A stretch of 59,099 nt of DNA, filler included, from Sphacelaria rigidula (lineage: Eukaryota): assembly GCA_964200075.2 (NCBI GenBank). It is 6 parts of 6 records of this genome, joined end to end, with 100 filler letters (N's around TTAATTAATTAA, not from the genome) between each part and the next. Parts side by side here need not be neighbours in the genome. Positions count along the whole stretch, not along the records: positions 19,735 to 29,501 come from CAXNAA020007807.1; positions 29,602 to 39,367 come from CAXNAA020007808.1; 4 more parts are not named here. One strand, given 5' to 3'. Shown in pieces: positions 23,001 through 36,664 of this stretch; position 1 is the stretch's first letter; every line of letters begins with the position of its first letter. A model generated the notes under the pieces. The model saw only the letters and a list, made by a program, of their open reading frames with translations, did not search any database and was not told where the DNA came from. The position numbers were made by a program, and so were the translations under genes.

Positions 23001-26000
23001 TGTACTGACGGCTGTTTAAAAACGGTCGTGTTCTTGGTTTGTTTTCTTCCAAGTGAGCTCTCAATCACGACTTGGTCACATGGCCGTGGTGAGCAGTTCT
23101 GTAACACATCACCTTGGGTATGTTTGACCCTCTCGCAGGTCTGGTGCACTCGAGCGTACACTTACACCTCTCCCTGAAGCAAATAAATTCTAGTGGGCAT
23201 TGCATGGTCAATGGTTTAGGACCTTGAAACTTGCCAATCATGAGAGCACCCCCAAATCCAAACCCAAACCCAAACCTAACCGTTCTCCTCCCCACCTTCT
23301 TATCTCCGTCGGGGCGGCACGACATGATATTCTTCCAGAGCCCGACGCCGGGTGGACGACCACTCGAAGAAATGCGAAAGGGCATGCTCGATGACTGGCC
23401 CGTGCTGTGCGGAGCGACGAAGGCGGTTTTACTCTCCTACACGGAGCGCCTGGTGCAGTCTGCCCGCGACCTCGCCGAGTTTGCCCCCGCACAGACCTTC
23501 ATGATCCCTCGCGGTGTTCCCGACGCCAACCAATCCCAGCAGCAGCATCACCATCACGGTCACACCGCAGGCTCGAACTACTCCTCGGCAACAAGGGCGG
23601 GGTTGACTGCACCTGGAGCCTCAGGCAGTAGCGGCGGCGGGGGAAGCGGGGGCGCAGCGGGGGTTTCGAAGAGCCTACACGCTAGCAAGGCATTGGAACG
23701 CGCACGTGGCCATCGCGGCAGCGGCGACCGTGCCGGCCGTGCCGACGGTGTTCCAGGGAGCGATCGCCGTAAACGAACACCGCCGCGTATCAATGTTTCG
23801 CGGCCGAAGGTGGTGACGTCACAGCAACAGCAGCAGCAGCATCAGCTGGAGGGGGGGACAGGGGGTGTCGTTAGGGGCCCGGAAGCAGCAGGCGGCATGG
23901 TGGCAGGTGCAGCACCGGGACCGGCGGCGGTGGTCGTTTCTTCCGCGGGGCAGGTGAGGCCACAGCATTCGTCGCCATCACCGCCTTCACAGATGCAATC
24001 GCCCGTTGTGGAGAATTCGCAGAAACGCCGACGAAAACAGCAGCAGCAGCAACAACAGCAACAACAGCCCCCAACACAGCCACAGAACGTGCAGGCAACA
24101 ACGCCCCTGGTGTTGGAAACCACGGGAACGGGCGCTGGCATGTCCCTTGTGTTGGAGAGTACGGGGAAAAGTGGCGCCGGCGCCACGGGCTCTCTAGTGT
24201 TGGAAACAACGGGAATTGCGGGTGGGGGAACCAATGATGGCTTGACGGTGCGGCCGCAACCGGAAGAGCAGCAGCAGCATTCGGTACTGGTGCAACCGCA
24301 GGCTCGGCATGCGCTGGGTGGCACTGGACCAAGCACCATATCACCACCTGCCTCTGTTGTGCTGGAAAGCACAGGAAGGGGTTCTGATGGTGGCATGACG
24401 GCGGCGGCGGCGGTGGCGATCAAGTCGCAGACACTACCAACGGAGCCTACATTGATGTCAACGGCGAGGGTCGCCGCCCCCATCCCTGCGGTGCGAGTCC
24501 CGCCTTCTGTCGCAGTGCAGCTCCAGCAGCAGTTGCACGCGCACTTGAAACAACAACGCCGGAACCAGAATGCTGCTGCGTCGGGTGCCGACGCCGCTAG
24601 CCAGCCGCCACGAATGGCTTATCGCTACAACAATCAGCCGCCGTCTAATGCGGGCGCCATTGCTTCGGCAATAGATTCCGCCAACGCCGGTGACAACACA
24701 GATGATGCCAATATACCCGCAACGGCGTCCGCGGCAGTGGCTGGAGGGCCAACGGAGGAGCCGCGTGCAATACCCCATGTGTATGACGGCGCCGGTGGCG
24801 TCAATATACACCCACTGCAAAACCAGCAGCAGCCGCAGGTGCTCGACAGATCGCCGCGCCACCCTCGCAGCGCTCACGATTCTGTCGGCAGACCCGTTGG
24901 CCATGGGTCTTCTTCGCCGCAGCAGGCGGTCAATGGCCTTCACGGCCACGACCCTACTGCTCTTGCCGACACTAACTTTAGCGAGGGGCAGCAGCAGCAG
25001 CAGCAGCAGCAGCAACGACAACGTACCGCTTTCATGAGTGGAAGCGGTGAGGCTTTCGTTCATGATCGAACGCAACACCAGAGATCGTCCACATCTCCGG
25101 TGTCGCTTGGAGGGCCGGCAATGCTCCCTTTGCAGCCGCAACAAGAGCAACAAGAGCGACACCACCACCACCCGTTACAAGCGAATCAAGGTCATGAACA
25201 TGAGCAGCGCCAACATCAACATCAACAGCAACACCCTATCCCCATGCTTCGCAATGAAAACCCGCCGCCGCACCACAACCAACACTACGCAGATCGTGAT
25301 CATCGCAGTAGCACCGCGCAGTATGGACTGCCACCCGAGGGCAACAACCGATACTCCGAGGAAAACAACGAGAACATCACGACGAATATTAGTCACAACA
25401 ACCGCGGTGACAACCACGGTGACAACCACGATGGCGTCTACCCGGAACAGCACGAACAGCAGCACTACCATCAACGGCATCCCCCCCAGCGAGAGCCAAC
25501 GGTAAAAGTAGGCTACAACGACGGTGGCAGTAGCGGTATTCTTGACCCAAGTGGGAGCAGCAGCGGCGGGGTGGGTAGCGGGGATCCCAGTACCGGTCCA
25601 GGAGGGTTCCCTGTAGGACCTTCTCCACCTCCTGGCCACAATAAGGTATCCCCTCCTTCTATTCATCTCGGCCAACACCAACATCACCTCCAACAACAGC
25701 AGCAGCTGCAAATTATGCCACCTATTGAACCTGCCCTACTTCACAACGATGATTACGCGTCTCAATACCACCATCCGCAGCAGCAGCAGGGCGGTGTCGC
25801 TGATGAAGCAAGGCAATTTGGGACCGGCGGTAGTGGGGACGGTGGAGGTGGCGGCAGCAGCCGCAGCGGGGCATCCTTCGTGGGCGGCTACTTGCAATTA
25901 GGGAGAGTGACTAGTGAGCCTGCTGTGAGCCTAGGGGAGGGAGAAGGGATGGTCGACGATTCAGGAGGGTGGCAACCACAACAAGAACAGCTCCATCAAC

Positions 26001-26320
26001 AACAGGTGGATGGACGTGGGAATATGTGGACGGGGAGCGGCGGACGTGGTGGTGGTCCAGAAACGGTAACTGGGGATGCGTTTGGTAGAGGTGACAGTGG
26101 TGGTGTTGGGGGTGGTGATGGGTTTGTTAGGGACGGCGATGACGGGTTGATGGCTGAGGACGACGAGATGCAGTACGCGACAGAAGTGCCGTCACTTCAT
26201 CAGCAGCTCCCACGGCATCGGCGACAACAGCAGCAACATCACCATCCACAGCAACATCAGCAGCAGCACCACCTGGGGAGTGACTGGGAGGAGGGCGGAA
26301 CAGCTTCAGAAGGCTGGTGA
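20032..26320 (+). CDS. Transcriptional-type cyclin (cyclin K/T/L-like), 5'-truncated: join(20032..20284,22427..22537,22823..22936,23339..26320)
   Basis: Cyclin-box motifs TAFHLFHHY, CLACLVAATKAED, KEVITFEYKLLLSRGFDLEMVHP, AYEVLCSRIYTDSTLCLEEDPMTCLCAAV. GT-AG phase-0 junctions. The last exon is the 1029-aa Q/H/G-rich ORF entered at cag|agc 23339. Confidence 0.8.
20313..21607. mobile_element. Non-autonomous hAT-like DNA transposon (about 1.3 kb) in a cyclin intron
   Basis: TIRs TAGAGGTGGGCACC / GGTGCCCACTTCTA, dense subterminal AACCGGTT repeats at both ends, and degenerate 8-bp flanks gtgatgat / gtggcggt (differences are transitions). Confidence 0.75.
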
Positions 26321-29300
26321 TGGTTTCTCGTGACAAAACTGTCCCACTTGCCGCAACTACTGTGGAGTATGTATTGTATTGTTGTGGGATGGGGTACTGT
26401 CATCGGGGTGGAGTATTGCGTCTGTCCCCCCCCTCCCGTCAATTGTTTTTAGAAATGCGCCCCCCGGATCATTAGATAAGACCGCATCCAAAGACTGTCT
26501 CTGGAGGGCACGGCCGTATTGTTGAGCGCACGAAGCGCTTTGCGTTCTCTGCTGGGTTAGCCCCTTCTCCGTCCCGCGTGTAGGAGGATCGCCCAGGCAC
26601 CGAACCCCGCACGGTTCGTTGTGGCTCCAGAACGCATTGGTGTTATCATGCACCACATGACAGTTGTCGTGCTGAGGGGTTGAGTCGCTTGTAAATTTCA
26701 CCGGCAAGAGGGGAAAGGTCATGATCGTGTACCCCGAACGGCGTAACAACAAGGTTGGTCAGAGTGAGAGAGCTCGAAATAGGCCGTGCTTGAGTTTTGG
26801 TGGCAAGTTAACAAACAATTCCAAACTTGATGATATTTCGCGTCGGGTACCCACGTTATTCCTGAAAATCAACGTCTGGAATCGCCATACGTACACCCTT
26901 CCCCCGTTCGGTGCCTATGGTGCTGGTGGGCGCTGAATCATTGCTTTGTCACACCTGTCATGAGGATGAGTTTGTCGCCACACACACTGGTCGGGCTCAT
27001 ACTCCAGCGGGGGTGCGTTTCGTAAGGACACGAGAGGTGCCAGGAAGACGAGGGGAAAACGCGCTTCGGCCAAGGGAACTGAGGCAAGCGTAACCTTGAC
27101 GTGAAGGTAAGCATGATTGATGATCGATTGAATGTCGCACCTTATCTGAACGTTCACGCAGGGATCCAGCCGTGGTCACATGATGGGCGTACAGCCATGA
27201 TCACATGATGGACGTATCGGGGATGAACAAAACGGAAACGCTTGGTGAAGGAGGGTGAGCGGAACAGAAGGGCACAACACATGAGACAAAAATGAGGGAA
27301 GAAAAAAAAGAAGTGAAGTACAAGACATAGACGAAGACAAACATGAACTGGAAATAGCTGGCTCGGCAACATGACTTCGGTGGAGAAGGTCTTGCGCAAA
27401 AATCACACTCATACCCAGAAAGGAGCCGTCGGGACAGATTGCGGCTCGTCTAATTCGACGTCACTATCTTGGGTATACAACTCTCATCCATGGAGCCTGC
27501 GCAAGCAAAGCTTATGACATGAAGAATCTTCATGTCCGTGACCTTCGCAAGAAATCTTCCCATCCCTCCCCAGGTGCAGCCCTTATAATTTGTTATCGCG
27601 CATTAGACCAATTATACGTGCGCGCCCTGTCAGGGCTAGTCGAATTTTCTTCGCTACTAGAATAAATGAGACGATAACACACACACACACACTCGCGACA
27701 TCCTGTTTTCAACAACGAACACCAAACTCCCCTTGTAATCGCCGTAGCCGTGGGGGCTCGAACCCCCAACCGTATTCCCAGACTAGCGATCCATGTGTAC
27801 CACTTTAGTTTAGACCACCCGGTGCGGTGGCAAGTAAGTAGTTGATGTAGCGTATGTGAACCACTAGAGATGTAACACCACGTGAGTGGGCAGGTGAAGA
27901 GTAATGAGACGTGCACGTCATAGATAATTGAATGAGGTACATTCGTTGAGGAAACTCTCTTCCTTTGTGGGGTCGGGTTTAGACCAGGATAAAGGTGTGA
28001 AATTTTGAAAGCAAAATCTTGTGTTTCATGGGAAGTGAGGACAAAACGCGGCTGTTTTCCCCCACCTAGCGAGTACGTGCCGCGATTTTCCCACAGACCT
28101 TCAGGCTCGTCGTGTGCTTTCACCGATGACGAAGCACTTCAACACTTTCGTCACTTTTTCATGGGGACTTGTCTGCCCAGAATCAAGTCTCTGGACTATC
28201 GGGTCACCAGCTCGCCCTTCTCCGTCCGTCTAGTTTTTGCTTCTAGCAGAACCGGGATGAAGCTTGCATGGGAATGTTCGGCGGGTGTCGACTTCGCCAA
28301 TGGTGCCCGTTTGACTTTTGACGCAAATTTTGGGAGAAAACCTGTTGGCCAGAATACGCATCCAACATTTGATCGAGTGTGAACTTTTCACCTCATTTTC
28401 ACTAGGAAAAGGAGTGAAATTGATGCCGACACCAGGAACGGACATCTAGCTTCGGAGGTATCCATATGTAGAGTTGGCGTCATATTCGCTTGAACCGTCA
28501 CTACTGCGTAACCCAGATTACCAACCGTGAAGGTCAGATTTGTCAGTCGTTAGATCTATCATCCGATATCAAACGAAGACGAACCCAAGTTTTATTGAAT
28601 TAACGGTGGGTTAATACGCAACGCTGACATCTAACAACAATGTTTTCGTGAGATGGAGAGTGAAAAGGACTCAATTAGTGAATAAATCGTTTCAGTTCCG
28701 AAATGCTCCTCCGTGAGGCCTGATATACTTTTTGTAGTAGCTCGTCACTGACGCCCTTGATAACCCTGAGTAGGATATCGACGTGCAGCTGTAAGTACAC
28801 GCCAGTGATGGAGGCAAATGAAAGCACACACGGAAAATGAAAAATTGGCTAACTTGAAGTGAATGATCAAAGCCACTCTCAATCACCGCTCTACTTTCAA
28901 TTTCACGATAACGTTTTCTGACGTTCTGGACTGCAAACAAATTTTTCGTAACATTGAGAGTCCAGGATGCGATTGAGGCAGTGTCTTCTCAATTTGTTTT
29001 CGACTCGAAAACGGACGGTAGAATCGAATTCGCTCGTACCTGATACGTCAACGGCATCCATGTTCTCAACCATCTGAGAAAATAAACAGCGTGGACGAAT
29101 CAGAAACGAGCGAAGTCGATTCCACCGCACGTTTTCGACACGAGAACATTTTGATAAAACATGGCCTGAGAGTGAAGAACGTTCAATAATGAATTGATGC
29201 ATGAAATGTTTCAGTTCCGGAATGCCTCTTCACATGACTCGATACACTTTCCGTAGTACAGTAATCAGCGTCAGAAGTTTGCAGAATTCGTAATTTCTTG

Positions 29301-29501
29301 GTTTATCAAAGATTTCCAAATTGGTTCCGCTTGCCACCACTCATCACAGTGACTGTTGGATGTAAAAAAATTGGCATCTGGAGACATTTTTATCCTCTTG
29401 ACAAACATTGAAAGAAAAAATATCGGCGATCAATATTGACTGACTTACAACAGTGTTTTCGTGAGATTGAGAGTAGATGATACGATTGAGAGTGAAAAGC
29501 G

Positions 29502-29601
29502 NNNNNNNNNNNNNNNNNNNNNNNNNNNNNNNNNNNNNNNNNNNNTTAATTAATTAANNNNNNNNNNNNNNNNNNNNNNNNNNNNNNNNNNNNNNNNNNN
29601 N
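29502..29601. other. Artificial contig linker
   Basis: Same 100-nt spacer. Confidence 0.97.
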
Positions 29602-29603
29602 GA

Positions 29604-29680
29604 TCGTTCCGGGAATCGAAGCCCCCTACTCAACCATCAGAAGGTTACGAGGTTACCAACTGAGCCACCGGGGCGACCGG
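29604..29680 (-). mobile_element. tRNA-derived SINE head (Pol III A/B boxes), cut by the contig start
   Basis: Minus strand reads gtcgccccggTGGCTCAGTTGGtaacctcg...gcTTCGATTCCcgg. No intact cloverleaf. Confidence 0.55.
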
Positions 29681-29734
29681 TCCTGCGGTTGATATAATTC
29701 CCACAAGGCATGAAACATATCCAACTGTAACGCA

Positions 29735-32037
29735 GTGTATTACAATCTCCATGATTCAAGAGTCACGAGGGCGGCGTCTGGAAGAAACATTCTCAGTCAT
29801 CAACGGCGTGAGAAACGATGGAACCAGTAACATGAATAGCAGCGCTTCACCAGTACAATAGCGAACAAAAAAAATAAAGGGGAAGGAGAACGAAGGGAGC
29901 AGCAATACAACAGGACAAAACAGGTTCACGCGTGTGCATTTGGCCAGGGTATCACGTGTCGGAGACAGCCAGGTATAAATTCATTTACTCCCAAGAGAAT
30001 TCTGACTTCATATCAACCTGTTCGGACACACATGGGAAAATCCTGGCCCCTTGTCAGCCTGTTCGGACAGCATGGGAATTCCTGGATGCCTGCCAACCTG
30101 TTCGGGCACACATGGGAAAATTCTGGCCCCCTGTCAACTTGTTCGGACAGCATAGGAATTCCTGGATGCCTGTCAACCTGTTCGGGTATACGGGGGAAAA
30201 TCCTGGCCCCCTGTCAACCTGTTCGGACAGCATGGGAATTCCTGGATGCCTGTCAACCTGTTCGCACGCGCAAGGAAAACTCCTGCCCCCCTGTCAGCCT
30301 GTTCGAAAACATATGGGGAATCCTGGCCCCCTCTCAACCTGTTTGAAAACACATGGGAAATCCTGGATCTCTGTCAACCTGTTCGCACGCACAAGGGAAA
30401 CTCCTGGCCCCCTGTCAACCTGTTTGAAAACAGATGGTCTTGACATCTTGAGCCTTCGTCCTCGCCCATTTTCCTGTATGCAATCAAATCCTGCTTGTTC
30501 GCTGTATGGTGCAAGCATATGTATGTATATATATATATGGTTCATACAACTTTCTCGTTCATCCATTCGATGTCCGACTTGTATGTTGGCAACTTGCATA
30601 GTCTCCACGATAAATACACGACTCGTTCATTACAAGCCAACAACTTTCATCAGAATATTTCCGGTGTAAATCTCGGCAAAGGAATGTGTGAAACCCGTGG
30701 ACTCCCAAGACCAGAAGAATGTAGCCCTGCTCTCGGGACGGTCATAGCGCGCAGACATGTAGACGGTCATCTTCGAATCGATTGTCAAAGCACGCGCATG
30801 TACACGGTCATCTATGAATGGATTGTCAGAGCGTGCACAAGTAGACGGTCATCTTCGAATTGATTATCGGAGTGTGCACGAGTATAAACGATCAACGGGA
30901 ACTGGCGGAGCATCCGCTTGGTGGCCTCATGCAAACACATTAACTCTCCATTCATTTTACGCATGCATGGCTCGTTTATACTCTTTGAAGATATCTACCA
31001 AGGGCGCAAACGATCAAACAGGGGTAACCACGTAGAGATTTCATCCATTTTCCATGACAAAATAGCATTTCGAGCATTGATGATTTGCCCCCCCCTGACG
31101 AGGGGGTAGGGAAATACCCCATGTTTCGTTCATTCAAGCCTCGCACTTTCCGTTCACGGCTAATCGGCTTACATGGTACCGTGCCTGTTAGCATGTATGC
31201 AGACAGTATGACATTACGGTTACAAAAACATATTTTCGTGCATTAGCGAAGGGCAGCATAGCAATGTCATCCTCTATCAGTTGCATACACGCTCATGTAT
31301 GAGGTGCGGCTATTAGGTGCGCACGGAAACGATCACCCAAATATTGAAAGTCGTGAAGTAAAGTCAAAGTACATGATTGGGTCTGATTTATTCAAAACCG
31401 GAGCAGACATCACATAGCCCCGAAGTTCTCAAGCATGTATGGCTCGCCCATACCCTTTGGAGCTATCCACCAAGGGTAAAACTACCAATCAGGGGGAACC
31501 ACGTTGAAGTGACATTCAATTTCCATGACAATAACACACATTTAAGGCATCAATGATCTGCTCCCCCCCTGACCGGGGTAGGGTAAATACCCCATGTTGA
31601 TTCAAGCTTCGCACTTTCCGTTCACGACGAATCGGCTCACATGGTATCGTGCCTTGTAGCATCTATGCACAACCAGTATGGTATTACGGTCACACAAGCA
31701 GTTTCGTGAATTTGCAAAGCATAGAGTAAAACGACATTCTTTCACCGTTGCATACGTGGCCATGCATGAGATACTCGAGCGAGTGGTTCGCGTTCCTAAA
31801 AGTATATATATTATGCTCCATGTACTCGGTACTAATTGTAGCCGACAAGATCTCGATAGCCCTGTGTATCTCTTCTACAGGTAGTTCGTTAACTCACATC
31901 TGCTGGTTGATATCGCGTTCAGTAGTTTCACTCAGGCAACACTGCCATTACTACCTCATGTGTCCCCACAGTATATAGACTCGAATAAACAGTACAGTAC
32001 ACGGCAAAGGTTCTTCCGCATGCATAGTTCGACATTT
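29735..32037 (+). repeat. Large direct repeat, copy 1 (about 2.3 kb)
   Basis: Colinear with 36665-39298 from gtgtattacaatctccatgattcaagag to gcatagt(t/c)cgacattt. Confidence 0.92.
30012..30430 (+). repeat. Minisatellite, ~40-nt unit (cctgtcaacctgttcggacagcatgggaaaatcctggcc), about 11 copies
   Basis: Direct inspection. It accounts for the repetitive ORFs at 29932-30669. Confidence 0.9.
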
Positions 32038-35000
32038 GATATTCAATGGTGATTCGGAATAGTTTTGTTCCAACATTAAAAGCATATTACTCATGTACTG
32101 TTAGACTGAGTACAAAGTCAACGATTTCATCGAGGAGATGGTGCAGGCTGTAAACAGTCAGTACCGTCATCCTGTACAGCCATATTGTAACAGCATCACA
32201 ATAAATATAACGGTTGCATGTCGTAAAACCCAAGGGTGCTATCGCAACTCAATGTGCGCAGACACACGCGATTTTTAATCCAGCGGGTCTTGTCGAGTTT
32301 GAGTACGTGTGGGGCAGCATATTGTACCGTGGTTCCATTTCACTCAGCTGTGTGAAACTCAAAAAATCATAGCGTATAGCAACAACAGCGTCAGTTGTGA
32401 ACAAGTCTAACGTTAGTCTGTCCAGCGGCGCACCCCGAGCGTGTGGCTACAGCATTCTGAATTGCAAACAAAACCAGAATTGTTTTGGTCAGAAACAACC
32501 CAGATAGTGGTGCCATATGCCTATTATTTTGTTTTTCAAGTGCGGAACAATTAAGCAGAATTCGTGTGAATAGCAATCATGAAGCAGGAGAGTTGCCAGT
32601 GCCAAATATGACGGTTGTTGGAGGAGCGCTTGTTTGCACATTGACCACCACTCAGTCGAGACGTGAATGCAGCAATACAATTTTGTGTGCCCAACGGATA
32701 CGGCGATTGTAAGCAGCAGTTCAGACAGTGCAACACAGTACGGCGTCGTGAATTCTAGACCGCGGTGCGGGTAGTCCCTCTGCGTCATGCATATCTTTTT
32801 CCAAGTGAATATTGATGCCACCTCAGCAGGTGACCAACCCTCGTGGTCAACATGGTCAATATTCACAACGAAATGACGTCGTACAGCTATGTCATCCAAG
32901 AATACAGCAAAGCGGTGTAGATAATAATTTCATCTTAGCGTAAACCGACGGAGCTGCAGGAGTATCAGTGCGCAGGCTTGAGGTGAACAACTTAAAACTT
33001 CAGGTCCAGTTGGTGTCGGTAAACGGGGCGAAACGGGTACAGTGGTTTCACTTCATTTTGAGTTGCAGGGCAAATCGCTCCTTTCCGCTGCATTGCACAG
33101 CAGAAATCGGGCTGACAGCAGGTGTTGCTTCGAAGAATATAGCAAAGCTGGAAAGAGCAACACAACAGCTGTTGCATGGAAAGATTTAGTGAAGCAGTAT
33201 AGAGAGTCATGCAATCCTAGCATCCACCGTGACTCTACCCATTCAGGTCTACACGACAAGATTTGACCCTTATATGGTAACAGTATCCAATCGTATTACC
33301 GTGCGCACATCATCGCCGTTGATACTCAAAATTTGTATCGCTTCTTCTCTTTCCCATTCGAGCCGCCCTCGGAGGCGGGAGTGGAAAATACAGCTAGTGA
33401 CATGACATGTTTGGTGTATGCCGCTAAAAAATCACAGAACTGATTCTTGTATCGAGTAACGGCGGGCGTGTGGTGAAGCTGAGCTGGTTAGGGACAACCA
33501 CAACAGTATCGAACCGCGTGACAACTGTAGTGAACGATATATATATTCAGCGTCGCGCAATACATCGGTACCCGCATTGTAGTTTCTCGGCGATCGTACT
33601 GTATATCAGATTTGTTCCACAACACACGAACAATCACGTCGGGAGCAAGCAAATGTAGGACGACTGACAGAAGTACGCAAGCATCGGTGCAAACGTTGGT
33701 GCAATGCGAAATCCAGCAGTAGAACAGTACAGTATAACATAGTACAGTCGCCTATCATTAGGTATTCACTGTCAATACAGAAATGTTCATGTCGCGAACG
33801 AGAAAGTGCGAAACAGCTAGCACGCGGTGCGCAAGAGATCTCAAAATACTCCGCATTTATATGGCAATGTGTATCGGGCGCACTTCATGCATCGTGGACG
33901 ACAATTTGCCTCGAAGTGCGTCGGGTTTGTTTTAGCGACACACGAGGTAATATATCACCGAACAGTAAGGCACGATCGATGCAGGATAATGGTGAGGGAT
34001 AACTGGTAGCATTCAAATGACAACAGTACGCCGCATCAGGTTACAGGAAGATGGGGTTTCAGCCTGGTTCGTGTACTGTGCAAGCGTTGTGTAATTTCAT
34101 GTTTTAGTGACGGGGACGCACCCAGCAGATGGTCCGTATTCATGCCAGTTCAACAGCAATAGACAGTACAACAGCACATGAAACGTTTGATTCGGACAGC
34201 ATGGTGTAGGGTATCTCCGATTTTGAACAGGGCACAGCAAGCTCCAACTCAAGCGGGCAGCATTGCAACAGCAACCCTGCACCCCAGGATATAGATATAC
34301 ATATGTGCGCTTGTTACAGGCGCGTTGTAGTCGGGCATAGATGCTGTAGAAACGCGGCTTCGCGAGAATACCCGAGCCACGCATGCGGTGTCTTGACTCG
34401 GTCAGTTGAATTTTCAAAATTTCGAATCATCCGCACTTATACTATAAAATGTATACGAATATTTGTTGTCTGTATTCGACACGCGTCACCGTCGGCATGG
34501 CTGCCTTTTGTGGAGTTTCCCCGTGAAGACACACGGTCTGCAGACATTACATGAGCCAACTCGCATCACAGCCATAGCTACTATTGACAACTGTAGCATA
34601 GAAGAGTAGAACGGGTGTCTTGCCTTCGCGCGGAAACATCATTTCAAACATTAGAGGAACTCAACAACCGAAAGATATGGATCATGAGTGCACAAAAATC
34701 TTTCATCTGTGTACGAGCATTTGTGAGACGAAGTGCAACTTGATCTGCTGACTTGCACAGGAAGGGTGCGTACACCCAGTACCCGCTGCGTGGAATACAA
34801 AGCTAGCATCCAGGTCTTATCTCACTCCAAAAGGACGGTGTACAACCATACCTACGCGTTGTGTGCAGTAAGCCTAGAGCCGTTTCATAGCGCGGTGCGC
34901 AGACGATGTCAACATGTTCCAGCCTATCGTGCTTAAACCTTATATCCCCCCTGGGACGTGGCTACTCACGGCGGGCAATTGTACTTCAAATACCCGTTTT

Positions 35001-36140
35001 ACTGTCAAATACACATATAAGGCAGGGCAATCATGGCTGCAGCTCTAACATCAAACTCAGCCGTTTAGCAATAATCGCTGCTCCAACGCCGTGGACACGC
35101 ATGTTCGGTGGCGTAGGATGAGCACAGCAGGCAGTGACTTCAAGCACATACGAGATTGACCGAGGACACGTTCTTTCCGTGGCTCATTCACAGACGGCAA
35201 AATTTGTCATCACATTCGGGGTTATCTTTTGAGGTGAACAACGAATTTTTGCATATAGGGACCGAAAAATCACGGTGGCTGATGTTTCGTTGAAAAAGCG
35301 CATTCCGGAAAATCGTAAGTAGTGATCATACGTCACAGATGACAACAGTCGACACAATAGTCCCGGTTGGAAGCACCATGTTACGGACAAACCGTATAGT
35401 ACACTCTCTGGCTTGTCCGTGCACTAGTTCGTTTTTACTACTGGCTCAATTGTTATGGTTACCATGATCGCTGCTCAAGCACCGTGATGACGGATCTTCA
35501 CAAGACGGGGCATGAAGTGAAATTTCCTACTTCAACCAAACATGCGGCATATTCATCCATGTGCAGGCAGTACAGTATGCAGTGATTGGTACGTACTCGC
35601 TCACCATTTATCGCAGGGCAAAACGGTTTTCCAGCACAAGGGATGATCAGTTTAACAAGGAACAGCTCATCCTGAATGTCAGGGTATCTTGATCTCAGCT
35701 TTAGGATCGATTCAGTTTCTCTCTTTCAGTGGTGGTTTTGAATCTCATGTCTCAGGTCACTTCGTTCCCTTCCATAGGAGTAAAAACCAGACGGCCGGCT
35801 TTCACCGATTCTGAAAGAACCGAGTTCAAGCCGGATGTAGAGAGGTATGTTTATGTAACCGTCTTCGTACGGGCTCAAACATCCTCCCCCCTGACTGCGG
35901 CACATTGTCAGTTCCCGCAGTCAGCCCTCCGGGACTTTCTCTTCAGATTAGACGGGCCCATCATTGTACTGCCCTTCCTCCATGTATGCCGCGATCCATT
36001 ACATGCCCCCTCAGGCCTAGGGTTGACAAACCCTGGGGCTGAACGTGGTTCGACGATGGATCGCCGCGTTACCACCTTCCTCGTCCTCGAGTATTCGGCG
36101 TTGGTTTCGTGTAGCCGTCGATCTTAGTCCGTTTTGCCAA

Positions 36141-36400
36141 GTTAGATCACGTAGGGAATTGAAGACCGTGCAGAACAATCCCAAACAGTCTCGGCAACTT
36201 CCGTTCTTGTAGATCTCTCAGCCGGGTTAGACCACGTAGGGAATTTGAACACCGCACAGAAACGATCCCATCCAGTGTTCGGAGAAATCCTTGACCTGTT
36301 GACCGCTCTACAGGGTTAGATCACGTAGTGAATTTAAACACCGTACATAAACGATCTCATTCAGTCCGGAGGAGTCCTTGATCTTGTTGACCGCTCTGGG
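36141..36400 (+). repeat. Tandem repeat, ~88-nt unit x3
   Basis: gttaga(t/c)cacgtag(g/t)gaatt..accg recurs at about 36141, 36225 and 36315. Confidence 0.8.
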
Positions 36401-36664
36401 TTGTCCGTAAACCGTTTGCGGATCTTGGTACATTGGGGAACATACCGCTGAGGAGGTGCGGCAACCAACTGCCGCGTGGGAGGGTGCGTCAACCTGCTAC
36501 TGCATGGGAAGGTGCTTGCACGGGAGGCTGTTGGATGGATCCCGCCGGGCCGAAGGGCTGGGCTCGAGGATTCAAGGGGTTTCCACTCATTTTTCACCGA
36601 TTTGGGGTTTGCTATGTGACAATGGACAAACACTCATTAAAATAATTATGGATGCTTCATTGTC

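Noticed and set aside
23842-25711. Long antisense ORFs (poly-C, poly-L/V)
   Set aside because: Shadows of the CAG-rich cyclin exon on the opposite strand.
29604-29680. Functional tRNA gene
   Set aside because: A and B boxes are present but there is no coherent acceptor or anticodon stem. Better explained as a SINE head.
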